64,000 bases of DNA, taken from positions 372,001 to 436,000 of the forward strand of contig OZ287088.1 in the NCBI GenBank assembly GCA_965645245.1. Direction: 5' to 3'. A program made the translations under genes and the position numbers. Shown here one piece after another: positions 1 through 12,558 of the stretch. The notes under the pieces are model-generated. The model saw nothing but the letters and a program-made list of their open reading frames with translations, did no database searches and was not told where the DNA came from. Source of the stretch: Massalongia carnosa (Eukaryota). Position 1 is the first letter of the stretch, and the number at the start of each line of letters is the position of its first letter.

Positions 1-1
1 A

Positions 2-526
2 GTCCAAGTCATCGGCAACTACAAGGATGTCTACTGGCGGGGTATGCGTCTCGTCTCGAAGGACGGTAGTGGTATAACCGAACCGCTGGGCTTATCCCCC
101 CCAAATAGCATCACGGCCCCGGGCGTAATTCCTCACTCCCCACCCAAATGCGCCGGTTTTCCGTTCGTGGGTCAAACCGAGGATGGGATGGTGTCCATGA
201 CGACCATCTACGATGGCTCTCCCCCGAATAAGCTCATCACCCTGCACTCTTTTTGGTGGGGCGCGGAGCTGCGAACCCAGCAAACGGTGGTAACAGTGCC
301 GCAGAACGCGCAGCTGATTGTCATCGGATACAATCAGGCTAATGAGGCCGTCGCCGTCAGGAATTACGATTACGATTTCACCGGTTTAAGTCAGCAAATG
401 GTCTTCGCGGACGCGGACTCGAGCTTCCAACTTGTCAGCTATGTGGAGTTTGCCGTCCAATCGGTAGCGGCCGGTCTGGTTGTTGCCATACTGTTGGATA
501 GCCTTAATTATACCGTCACAACGTAG
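2..526 (+). CDS. 3' part of a probable host gene, function unknown
   Basis: Frame is open from the window start (VQVIGNYKDVYWRGM...) to TAG at 526; no TE motifs recognised. Confidence 0.5.
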   Translation, partial: VQVIGNYKDVYWRGMRLVSKDGSGITEPLGLSPPNSITAPGVIPHSPPKCAGFPFVGQTEDGMVSMTTIYDGSPPNKLITLHSFWWGAELRTQQTVVTVPQNAQLIVIGYNQANEAVAVRNYDYDFTGLSQQMVFADADSSFQLVSYVEFAVQSVAAGLVVAILLDSLNYTVTT

Positions 527-1149
527 GTTACCATTCGTCTTCTGAGCGAATGTTGCGTAAGGGGAAAGTTTGAGTATCTCTTGAAAAGCACGAACATATT
601 GCGGGCGAGAAATTGGACGGTCGACTACTTGTCGAAGGAGCGGTTTAGTATCTTTTGACTGTCTTTTCCCCTCACATTCACGTAATACTACGAGGTCGTT
701 TCCCACTTAACTAGCTTAACTCTCAGATGTAGGAGACAGCATCAATCGCAATGCCGTTCTCCATCCGTACTAATATTTGCGTAGCATGTCCCATCTTACC
801 AGGTATATTAAGCATTATCAGAGCCGCGGTAAAAAAAATCTGCTCCTAAAACCCCGAAACGCTATCCTCTCGATACAGGGCTCCTTTTCGCTATTTTTCG
901 CGGTTCTTGGTGCCGCCCCCCTTTTTCTTGCCTGCCTGGCTGTCTACCTGCTTGGCATGCAGAGGTAGTGTTGAACAAAAATCAACTAGGCATACGGCAG
1001 CGGGATGCATGAGAAGAGGGTCTAGGTCTATCAAGAATAGGCAAAGAGAAGTGCTTGGCAAACGTGATGCAGGTACTCCGTATTTCCAGTGAAGATACTC
1101 CAAATTTAGCTATCTGCTGAACTGAATTCTGAACGACTGAATAGCTAAA

Positions 1150-1830
1150 TTACATGAGGAATCACCCCCTCTTTATACTGCTTGAAGGCCTTCATCTCGA
1201 TTTTATATCAAATGCATGAACTTGCTTCCTTTGGACTTTTTCAGCTGAGCAAAAATACATTTTATTGTTGACTGGAGACCCCGAGACACTCAGTGATCAC
1301 GAACAGCTGAAATGCCTCCGAAGTGTAGCATTTTTGCTTGGTAGTGATGATAATGCCGAATTTAAAGAACGAATTTTGGTCAAGCCTACCTCCGGATTGT
1401 AAGGTATCAACCCAGTTTTTTCCCAGGTTGATTTGATAATAGATGATTTAAATGCCTTTGTACGAAATTGATTGAATGCGGCCAGAAAATCCAGACCATT
1501 AAAGTCAACGTTACCCAACCGAATGGCGTTGTCATCAGCTTCAGCATGATAATGTTTCGTTGACTGAAAAACACCAAAGTCTAATGGCTGCGTCAAATGG
1601 GTTGAATGAGGAAATAATCCGAATAAACAGATCTTATTTTCTTTCGAATATTCCTAAAATTTATAAGTTAGATGAGATCCATATCCATATAACAAAAGAA
1701 GCCTAAACGCTCCTTTTTGAACCTTTTTTAAATGAGCATTAAAATGGTTTAACCACTCTAATGCTAGAAAATTATTCGAATAGCCGCTATCGCTTGTAGT
1801 CAACAAGATATCATCTTTCAAATCATTCTC
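1150..1830 (-). pseudogene. Fot1/pogo-type DDE transposase remnant
   Basis: Degenerate ...SGYSNNFLALEWLNHF...LLLLYGYGSH...FPHSTHLTQPLDFGVF...IKSTWEKTGLIPYNPE with internal stops; left limit approximate. Confidence 0.8.
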
Positions 1831-4800
1831 TATGTAAATCCAAATGCTAGCTCATTAGGAGTCTTTCCGGTGGTGGAAGACGAAGAGTTGTTCAGAGATG
1901 ACTGAATAGAAACTAGGACTTTCGGCCAGTCAGCTGGAGCCTCCAGGGTGCTTATGTGAAAACGTAAGGCAATTTCCGCCGTTTGGTTCGTTCGTTCCGA
2001 ACTTCCATCCGTCTGAGGATGATAAGCTGTGGAATAGAGTAGGGAAATACCCAGTCTATGAAAGATCGCCTTCCATAGCTCAGATAGGAACTTTGGATCC
2101 CGATCGGTAATAATCACCTTGGGGAGACCCCAGTTCATAAGAGAAAGACGTTCGTAGAGAAGGTCTGCCCAATTTACTGCACCGAACGTGGACTTTCCAG
2201 GTATCATGGTTCTTTGCTTGGTAAATTTATCTGTTACAGACATTATCGAGTCCCATGCTTCCTTAGTGATGGGAAGTGCTAGGATAAAATCCAAAGTAAT
2301 AGTATGAAATGGAACCGGTGAGCTGTCGGTAGGCTGAAGACTTCCCCAGGGTTTATGTCTTCTGGTCTGAAGTACTAGACACTCTAGACAGTGTCGTATG
2401 TACTCTCGTAATTTCCGTATCAGGTTCCTGACGTACCATGAACGAGTAACTATCTCATAGCACCTGGCAAATCCAGAATGACCATTTCCATGTGCTATAG
2501 CAAATATGTCTTTGACACAACTGGCTGGTATACAGAGACGTCTGATACCTGAGAATCTATCTATGTGATAGATGAGATCCTTGTCTGGTTTGCCAATTGA
2601 CAAAATGTCCTGAGTTGATTTTTCAGTTGAGTTCATCTCAGCTGGTTGAACGGAATTTCCATAGTGTTTCCCCGGGCAAAAGGAATTTTAGCGGCGTCCT
2701 CGCCGAGTTTATCGTTAATGTCTATCATCTGCATTATCTTGACCCATAATTTATCTGTAGAATAACCGGCGATAAGACGTTTTCTGAAGTCATTGCTCAT
2801 TTCTACGACTGTATTGTTATAGACGTATAAGACATCCAACTCCGAGTGATCATCGGCTAAGATAGGCCTCAAAGTGGTGCTGGCAAGCCGGGAAAGAGCA
2901 TCAGGAATGATGTGCTCTTTGCCTGGTTTATGTCTGATGTCGAGTCGGAATTGACTCAGAAACTGAGAAGCTCTGACCAATCGGACGTTCATTCTCATGG
3001 TCGATGTAGTGGCCGTTATTAGCTTTTGCTTACTGATTTCGATTATAGCAGAGTGATCTGTCTGAACGATCGTTGGACTCTCCGATGATTGGACAAGGTG
3101 TCTGACTTTTTTGATGGTCCATACTAGACCTGCCATCTCTAGTTCAGTAGGCCAGTAGTTCTTTTCAGCCGCCGTAAGGAGACGGCTAAGGAACATGATG
3201 GGTTCTATTTGATTTCTTAAGGCCATTTTCCGATTGGTACTATGACACCGACCTTGACATGGAAGACTATAACACCATACCCAAAATCTTTGGAGGCGTC
3301 TAGGTCTATCCAGAGAATGCGGTGTGGACTAAAATGAATGAGGATGGAGAGTTTGCTAAGCAGCTTCTGAAGGGTTATAAACGCTGAATTCTCTTCTTCG
3401 GTAGGGATTATCATAGTACGAGACGTGTAATTTCGTCGTTGTTGACCTCCTTTCGGAGATGCCCTTAGAAGGTGCGTTTTTAGGTCTTGTAGAGGGCGGG
3501 CTATGCCTGCATAGTAGTAGATAAAAGAACGTAGATAGCCGGTAAGACCGAGGTAATGTTCTAAGTCTATCAGTGCCTTGGGGAACTTCAACAGAGATAT
3601 GGCGCGAAGTTTCTCCTCGGAGGTGGACATGCCGAGCGAGTTTGCCCTCTGCCCGAGAAGATCAACGTCTGAATAGCCTAAAAAAGCCTTGGTGGGCTTG
3701 ATGGATATTCCAAGCTTCACGAATAGGGAGAAGATTTTCCGAAGATGCATTAAATGTTCATCTAGGGACGTTGATCTTACTACCACGTCATCTATGTAAG
3801 CTTTGACAAAGTCACGGAAGTCTTCCGGATGAACGCGCCATTGATAGAAGAAAGAATTCGCGTCTAGGACAGAAATACGAAGGTCTGCTATGACATCACT
3901 TTATAGATGGACCGGGTAGGCATTAGGAACCAGAAGATCATTCAAGCCTCTGATGTCTACGACGGCACGGCCTTTCCGGACGTCACCGATTTTCTTCCAG
4001 ACGACAAAAACAAGGTAGCTGAATGGAGTATGCGTATTGGTCCATATTAATCGTCCCTGTCGATGCATTTCGTCAAAGGTTTTATCTACTATTTCCCTGT
4101 CTTCTATTCCCAGGGGATAGACCTTGGATTTTCTAGAGACCTTGGACTGCCAATCCTCGCGAAGGGGTAGCTTCATCCACTGGTTCACAGGAACATCAAT
4201 GAAGCCTTCGTCCTTCCATAGTGAGGGAAACTCGTCTACCAGGTCTGAATAGGCCCTGGTGGCTATCGTGTCGCCATAGGTCATGACACCGTTGGCTAGC
4301 TTGGTCTCATACTTGTTGCAAGATGCTGTGGTAGCTACCTTAATGGAATTTTCTGGGGGAAATGATGAAAGACTTGGAGTAGGTAAATCCATAGTAACAG
4401 CAGTCAGGAATGCTGCTGCTGTAAATGCTTTTTTGAACCAACTTGCCTTTGGTGGTTTGGTGGCAAAGTCTTTGTCAGCTATGTAAAAACATTCGTTATA
4501 GTGGACCTCGGAGACCTGTCCGAGGCGAAATTTTCTTGGAAGTTCCACTGGTATAGGCGAGTCGTTTCGGACTACGATTTCTGCAGTAAGTGCATCTACG
4601 AGGTGATAGTACAAAGTTACATTTGCTTTATCGGTAGGTTCAAAAAGAAAGTCTCTGTCTGCTGGTAAGATCATGTTGACAGGGACTTTTAACTCAGCAC
4701 CTGGGGTGACGGTAACAGCGGCCTTTGTGCGAACGGTCTTTCTGATGAACGTTCCACGAGGTCTGACCTGAAGGCTGATGTTTACATCACAGCTACCGAT

Positions 4801-5150
4801 GTAAGCCCTTTTCTGGTTTATATCAATAACAAATTCTTCTAGTCCAAGTACGTCGTTTCCGATTAGCATATTGGCCTTGAGACCATCCACTATGTGGATT
4901 TCACGGGTGATACAGGCCAGAACCGACGTTCCATCGGACGCCTTTGAGGCCGGCATGTAGAATGGAACCAAAATGTATTCCTTTGTTTCATGCGTATTGG
5001 AACCAATACCTCGAACTCGTAGCGGATTTGCCATAAGATGAACCCTTAGCGTTAGGAATGTCTCTGCTAATCCACTCTCGATCTCCCAAAGTGGAACCAC
5101 AATCAGTGTCCAGACAGCAATCGGTGGATGGACCTTCCGGGGTAAACTTT
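1830..5150 (-). pseudogene. Gypsy pol (protease, dUTPase-like segment, RT, RNase H, integrase), frameshifted
   Basis: CLDTDCGSTL protease site; KGRAVVDIRGLN and YIDD RT motifs; DASKDFGYG/EKNYWPTELE/TDH/DALSR RNase H; HHCC and LDF..TDRD..SERTNQ integrase. Confidence 0.9.
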
Positions 5151-6528
5151 ACCGCTCCCTCGATGAAGTTCCAGCTACGAAAGCCTAGTCCAAAACCGAG
5201 GTTTTCTGTAGAAGCCTTGGATGTGACTATGATAGGAGTAGTAGTAGTGGTGTCTGCTACGGAAGTAGCATAGACGTTCGATCCGTGTTCATTCTCTTTG
5301 TCAACCGACATGAAATTTGCAAATTTTTCAAGGTTTTTGAGGTAGGCGATGTCCTGGAACATCCAGACCGTAGGTGTTTATGTAGTTTGTTCTTCAATGG
5401 AAAGGATTCCTGACAGTTGGTGTAGGAAGAGTCTATGCCGACAAACCAAGCGAAGTCCTCGGATTCCTCCGGTGCATCCTGCTCTGCATAGAACATCTCG
5501 TTCCCATGCTCATCATACCCAGCGAAATTTACCGGCATGTCCTCTGGCTCGACTGAGGATGTTCCGGGGCTCTCCTGCAGATCTTCGTCGTCTTGAACTG
5601 AAGCCTGATACGCCCTCCTATAGCCACCTTGATTTTTTTTGTTTCCTCCTCTTTGTTTGCGGTAGTTTGACCTTGGATATCCTTGTGCAGGACGGTCTGG
5701 TTTTGATGAGGAAGCTGATGCGTTTGACGCGTTGGGTGTAGCCGTTATGGCGAGAGGGGTTCGACCGGTGACTTGTAAGGCAGGACCTTGCTGGAACTGC
5801 TGTTGATTGTTAGGACCATTCCATTGTTTGTAGGAGGGACTATTCTGCCAGTTGGCGGATCGGGGCTGGTAGTTCCAACTTTCTGATGAACTACTAAAGA
5901 AAGGCCTTTATTGACCGATGTTGAACTTACTAGTCGACTTGTTGATTCGGGTGTTAGGCCTGATGTCGTAAGTACGATCAGGTTTGGAGAATCCAGGCGT
6001 CTTCTGCTGGCGAGAGGCTAGTTGCCACCAGATGTGTTTATGATCATCTAGGGAGCGAAGGAAAATATCTAGGTCAGTGGCTACGTTAGGTAATGGAAGA
6101 TCTCTCTGGAATTCCACATCCAAGCCGTTGTAGATGAGGAAGATGTGATTAGCGGTGGAGCCAATTTCGGCCGATTTAGATACACGAAGCATGGTGGCAG
6201 CGTATTCTCTGGGCTCTCGATGTTGACGAGCATCTTCCATAGTGTATTTACCTTTGATTATGTATAGCCGCCATGGCGACGTTGGGTGCCTCTTTGAACC
6301 GCTTGTGAAGCTGGGTTGTCCAATGATCAACCCCAGGACCATATCTTACCAAAAGCTTAGCTTCGTCAGATAGCTCGGCTGTGTACCATTGCAGAGCTAC
6401 GCCTCTAAGGCATGTGAACAGGTTTTCTATGATCAACTGGTCACCCTTGATGGCGGAAATATCTTCTACCCTTTCTATGAATAGATGAACATCTCTAAAG
6501 TATGTGTCTTTTCCCACATGCTCAATGG

Positions 6529-9500
6529 CTTTGATTACAGGAGGCTTAGTGGCAGACTGAAGGCTTTGAAAGGTGATTATATTAATGCTACCTAGAAGGA
6601 AGGAAGTTCGAGGGGTCCTCCCGAGGACCTTATTGACTAGATTGTTTGCTATAGCAAACATCTCCTTAACCACCTTACCGCATTAGGATTCAGGGGGCCG
6701 GCTTATTGTAAGGCCGGCCTCCGATAAGGCTAGGTGGACCGTCGCTATTGTCAATCCAAAGCTCCCTCACAATAGGAAGGTTCCAACCTCCAGAAGTTTG
6801 AATCAACCTCATTGATTTGATGCCTCAGGGGCAGTGGTCATATTCATCTGATCGATGAACCTTCGAAAGGAGATCCACGGTAGAGGCTTGATTAGTCCAT
6901 CAGCTATCATATCCTTAGTGGGCACATAGCTAATTTGAATAGCTTCCTCAGCGATCAGCTCCCTCGTCTTATGATACTGGATATCGATGTGTTTGGCCCG
7001 AGGATGATTGATGGGGTTGTCGGCTAGCTTTATAGCCGCCTTATTGTCAGCTTTCAGGGGAACGGGGCCATTGACACCATATCCCAAGGATTTCAAGGCA
7101 TTCGCCAAGAAGACAGCCTCCTTGCCAGCATGGCACTCCCCCATATACTCAGCCTCAGCTGTGGAGGTGGCCACCGAGGCCTGGCGTTTCGTTGACCAGC
7201 TGATTGGTCCGCTGTTCAGGAGGAAGACATAGGCGGAAGTGGATCTCCTAGTGTCCAGATAGTCTCCATAAGAGGCATCAGTATAACCGATTAAATTAGT
7301 GTGAATACCCTCATAGGAGGATCCAAAACATAGGCCTAGGTCCCTTGTTCCAGCCAAATATCGAATTATTCTTTTTAAGATTGCGCCTTGATAGGGGGTA
7401 GGATTGATTGAATATCTACTGCAGCGATTCACCGAGTAAGCAATATCCGGCCGAGTCATACATGCTAACCACAATAGAGATCCAATAAGCATTTGATATG
7501 CCTTGATCTCTCTATTTGTGGCCTCGTATATCTTGCCTTTATAGTAATTCTTGACCAGAAGAAGATTGGTCTCCATGGGTGTTTTGACGGATTTGCAATC
7601 GGACATGTCGACTACATCGATGATCCGCCTAATGTACGCCGATTGATGAACATATGTTCTTCTATTTGGCCGGTCCCGAGTGACGTGCCTTCCTAAATAG
7701 AAATTAATTGGTCCGAGATCCTTGATCCGGAATCGGTGAGACAATTCAGTCTTCAAAAGACTGATGTCCGAAAGAGAGGGTCCGATGAGAAGTAGATCAT
7801 CCACATAAATCGCTATTATGATGCCATTTTGCTGATGAATATAGACCGAATGGTCCTCGTCCACTCTCTTATAGCCCATGGTGATAAGATAGTCAGTGAG
7901 GGTGGAATACCATTCACGGGGGGCCTGCTTGAGACCATACAAGGCCTTCTTCAAGCGACAGGCATATCCCCCTGGTTTGTCAAACCCATGGGGTTGTTCC
8001 ATCCAGACCTCCTCTTTTAGAGGGGCCTCGAGGAAAGCGGTGACCACGTCGATCTGTTCGACCTCCAGGTCATATCTAGCCGCTATAGCCAGCAGGGCCT
8101 TCCATGTCATTGATTTGACCACGCTGGCATAGGTTTGATTATAGTCAATGCCTTCTATCTGGCAAAAACCTTTACCTACCCATCGGGCCTTATATCGAGA
8201 TATTTCCCCATCCGGACCGAGTTTGGTGGTATAAACCCATCTACCAGGGAGGATCTTCCTACCAGGTGGTGGAATTTCCAGGTCCCAGGTCCCGTTGATG
8301 GAATGAGATTCAACCTCCTCCTCTGATGCTCGGATCCATTCGGTAGCCTCTGAAGACTGAATGGCCTCCTTGTAGGTGCTGGGGACGGTGAGGTCGTTTA
8401 AGGAGGCCTTAAGAGCTCTCAATGCGAATCCCTTGTTACCTCCTTTCTTAGACCATGGATCAGCTAATTTAGCATAATCGGGTCGAGAGGTGTTTCGGGA
8501 TGGTCGGGATGATGATGTTGGTGGAGGTGGTGGTCTAGGTTCCTGAGGTACCTGTCCTGGTGCGGATTTGATCGACTGCTCGGAATTACTAGTAAATTGG
8601 CCTGTAAAAGGAGCAGTTGATGACCCAGAGGTCAGGTCGGCTACTTGTGAGTCCTCGGAATTTTCTGAACTTTCTGATTTATCATCGTCCTCTCTCCCGG
8701 TTCCTTCATCTGCAAATTCCGGTTCTAAAGGCCGTTTAGGGGTTCCTCATTAACGAGTTCCTCCTCTTCATTGGCATAAATTATCACTCCTGGTGTGTCC
8801 ACCTCGTCGTCACCATTTCGGTAGAAGAATTGTAAGAAGCCATAGTCGTCGTCGCCACCATCCCCCGATTCTTCAACCGAAAGGGATGCGGTCTCGTCCC
8901 ATAGCACGTGTGCCGAAATGATGAGTTTCTTGGAGGTGAGGTCCCAAAGGCGATACTTGTTGTTGCCTTGAAGGCCAAGAAATCTGCATTTGATGCTTCT
9001 GTCGTCCAGCTTCTTCTTCTGAGGGTCAACATTGTAAGAGTATGCTACGCACCCGAAGATACGAGCACCCGACAAGTCTGGCTGTCTGCCATACATCAGT
9101 TCGAAGGGTGTTTTATCACCATGCCTTGGACTCCTGTTTTTCAGGTAAGTAACGTAGGAAATAGCCTCCCCCCATTGATTAGAAGGCATTCCACTGTCAC
9201 TAAGAATCGCACGGGTTCGCTCGAAGAGGGTGCGAAAGCACCTCTCGGCTACCCCATTCTGATTCGGATTGTGTGGTGCTGTCGCATCCCACTCGATGCC
9301 ATTGTCCTTCAAAATTTGTAAGGTCTGATGGCCAGCATACTCCCCTCCGTTGTCACTGCGCATAAGTTTGACCGGATGTCCTTGTGTCTTCATCCATGCT
9401 AAATAGTCCTTTAGGACCTCCTTTAATTCGGATTTTTTCTTCAGAAGGTAAATCACCGTCCAGTCAGTAAAATCGTCAACGAAGGAGGCAGCATACTTGG

Positions 9501-11583
9501 CTCCCCCAATTGTCTGAGGTATGTCCCCCCCGCTAGCAATGTCGGTATGTACAATTTCACCGATGTTGGTGGCCTTTAGTCGTTGAATTCTAACTGGATT
9601 TCGATGTTGTTTTCCTATTGCACATGATGGACACACGTTGATTTTAGGTTCTGCTGATTCACATTTATCAGCCTTAATTGCATCAATGCCAGTGGAGAGT
9701 TTAGCTAAAATCTTGACGTCCTTCATGTTGAGATGGGATAATCGTCGGTGCCACACCGTCCACGAGGCATTGTCGGAGGATTTGTAAGAGGTATGTAAGG
9801 TCTTTGATTGGTCCAGGTCGATCGAGTGTGTGGATCCAGAAGAGTGACGAGTACCAGTAAGACAGATTTCTCCGTCAGGGGCAAAACATTCAGTTCTTCC
9901 TTTTCCTACTCGAAATTCGAATCCTTTCGACTCAATAACACCTACAGAAAACAGATTGTATGCTGACTCGGGTACGTGATGGACATCCTTTAGGCATACA
10001 GCCTTTGATTCACCATCCACGTCTAGATACAGGGTAACAGAACCTTTTCCTTTAATAATCATATCAGTGGAGTTGGCCGTTTTTATGACCTTCCCTCTAA
10101 TTGATTGATAGTCATCAAATAGGTCTTTGTCATAGCAAATATGGACATCGGAAGCCGAGTCTATCCACCAGGTACGATCCTTATTTTGAGACTTATGGAC
10201 GTTAGTAAAGAGGCTCTTGGTTATCATTGATCTTGGAACGAAGGCTGATTTGGACGAGGGATTCGATTCCTTCTTGTCCTTATCCTCCTTCCTATCCTCC
10301 TTCTTATTCTTCACCAAGTTTTCCTTAGATGGGGCCGGTTTCCAGTTATCGGGCCGGTTGGTTGCATTCAGATAATAGCAATTGGTCTTGTTGTGGCCAG
10401 GACCGTCACAGTATTCACATTTTGACGAATTGGTATTTTTCTCCTTTTTCCCCTTTTTGCTCTTCTCTTCTTCTTCTTTCTTTTCCTTCCTGTTGAACTT
10501 AGCCGTCAGTGCCTTGTTGGATTCCTCTAAGTTATGTTGACGGTTATCATGATCTATTAAGGCCATCATCACCTCGTCAACGTCTAACTCCCTCATGTTT
10601 GCTCTTGCAGCCTCTACGAGACTGAAGATATAAGGTTCCAGGTCCGGTTTAAGACCAAGTCGGAACGAGGTAGAGAGAACCCAGTCTGGTAACTTGTGAC
10701 CGAGTTGTATCAACTGGGAGTGGGCCTTCTTTAGGTGTTCGGCGTACTCCTGAATGGAATTGAAATCTGATTGGCTAGCACGAAGTTGAAGGAAGGCCAG
10801 GTCTCTAGTGGCCAGACTTGTTGCTTTGTAATGCTTTTCCAGTACATCCCACATCTCTTTTGGGTCTTCCAGGCCCTCTATATGGACTCGAGGGCCTGTA
10901 CCACAGTTCAAGTATATCTTGGTAGCTGCTTTTACCCTTCGCTTGTCCCATTTCTTCTGTTTGTCCTCGAAGGCCTCCAGTTTGTCCTCCCACCGCTCAA
11001 TAGTGCTTTGTGTCACTACTATGGCCGGGGTGGTGACTCCATCCTCTATCTTAGAAGGGGAGTCCACTGGTCGAGGTGGAGCATTAAGGGGTCGGAATTC
11101 TTCCCCTTTAACTATATCCCACAGTTCGTCTAAACTGAGGAGGCCTTTCACCTCCTCCTTCCATACATTGTAGTTCTTTTCACCTACCAACGGCTTTATC
11201 TGATAAGTTTCTAGTCCCATTGTTGAAGACTAAGCACCGACAGCTGAGGAGGTTCTTTGAGGCTTGATAATTGGCCTACAAGGACGAGGACTAGATATGT
11301 AGGAAGAGAAGAGATTATATAGCACTTCCCTAGCGTCTAGCCGGGCTCATAACCCTTTGATTACAGGAGGCTTAGTGGCAGACTGAAGGCTTTGAAAGGT
11401 GATTATATTAATGCTATCTAGAAGGAAGGAAGTTCGAGGGGTCCTCCCGAGGACCTTATTGACCAGATTGTTTGCTATAGCATCTCCTTAACCACCTTAC
11501 CGCATTAGGATTCAGGGGGCCGGCTTATTGTAAGGCCGGCCTCCGATAAGGCTAGGTGGACCGTCGCTATTGTCAATCCAAAG
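6529..11583 (-). mobile_element. Ty1/Copia element A, full length, one frameshift
   Basis: LTRs 6529-6761 and 11355-11583 (about 2 substitutions plus a 4-bp indel); TSD AATGG at 6524-6528 and 11584-11588; PBS GGTTATGAGCCC at 11343-11354; purine tract next to the 3' LTR. Confidence 0.95.
6809..11220 (-). CDS. Copia-A gag-pol polyprotein (ORFs 8725-11220 and 6809-8422 in different frames; frameshift near 8725)
   Basis: CCHC knuckle CEYCDGPGHNKTNC; WWIDSAS protease; HRRLSH..CPSC and DDE integrase; YVDD RT; KHIDIQYH and ADGL RNase H. Confidence 0.9.
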
Positions 11584-11626
11584 AATGGAACTTCCAGTAC
11601 ATAGTGGAAGACTTTATCATCGTACA

Positions 11627-11894
11627 TATGAAATATAAATTCACTTTGTAGGTATAGTAGTATGATTGTCATTGAAGGTGATTATCTATGTGGGCTATTT
11701 GTCTGCTTTATATAGCAGTCACAAAACAGTCACATCTAGGAGGTCAGACCTTGTCCCCTGACGGTCAGACCTTGTCCCCCTGACGGTCAGACCTTGTCTC
11801 CCATCTCTGCTTGTTTAGGCACTTTGCAAGGCACCTCCCGAGGCTCATGATGGATGCCCATGATGATGGTGGCCTCATCATCTAACATCCAACA
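11627..11894 (-). mobile_element. Solo LTR of Copia-B family
   Basis: Reverse-complement copy of the 12559-12870 LTR with three internal repeats instead of five; TSD GTACA at 11622-11626 and 11895-11899. Confidence 0.93.
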
Positions 11895-12194
11895 GTACAT
11901 TGGGTCAAAGAAACCTACGTCTGCTGCATTCTACCTTGGTTGCCCTGGTGCAGGTCCATCGACCTCTGGCTGGGGGCCTTGGGGACCAGGTGGACCACGC
12001 GGTCCACGCATTGGTGGGGTTTGCCGGTAGTAATCTGCTACTGCAGCGGCTATCATAGCTTGGAGGGCAGCGTTATCCATGATAACGGCGGGCTGATTGA
12101 TATGACTTCTGGAACTTTCTGGTCTTCCGAACTCCACGTCGGCCGAGGTCTGTCTTGTGTTTGGGGCAGTGAGAAGACTGTTAAACGGTAAGGC

Positions 12195-12483
12195 TACCAT
12201 CGGTTAGATGGTCAGACTACTACCACTAGTATAGGCATCCATCGTGAGTCCCACGGGTGCCTGCCAGGCATCTATAGGAGGTGCCTAATAGGCAGTTCGG
12301 GAGGTGCCTTGCAAAGTGCCTAAAAAAGCAGATATGGGGGGACAAGGTCTGACCGTTTAGGCTCCTAGATGTGACTATTTTGTGACTCCTATATAAAGCA
12401 GACTTATAGCCCACATAGATAATTACCTTCAATGACAATCATGCTACTACATGTATACCTACAAAGTGAATTTATATTTCATA
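12195..12483 (+). mobile_element. Diverged solo LTR related to Copia-B
   Basis: Shares GAGGTGCCTTGCAAAGTGCCTAAA...GTGAATTTATATTTCATA; flanks AAGGC/AAGAC (TSD with one mismatch). Confidence 0.75.
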
Positions 12484-12558
12484 AAGACCAAGTAGGTGAT
12501 CTCAGATTTCCGGGGTAGGTTCCTCCAGTGGTGTATTGGCTCTGACCGGGGTGCCACC

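Larger units (their letters stand above)
5257..12080 (-). pseudogene. Gypsy gag, interrupted by Copia-A and a solo LTR
   Basis: MDNAALQAM...GPRGPPGPQGP...DVGFFDP, GKDTYFRDVHLF, CLRGVALQWYTAEL; pieces at 11900-12080, 11589-11626 and 5257-6528. Confidence 0.75.

Noticed and set aside
6248..6673. 141-aa ORF as an independent gene
   Set aside because: It is a chance in-frame fusion of the Copia-A LTR with the Gypsy gag fragment
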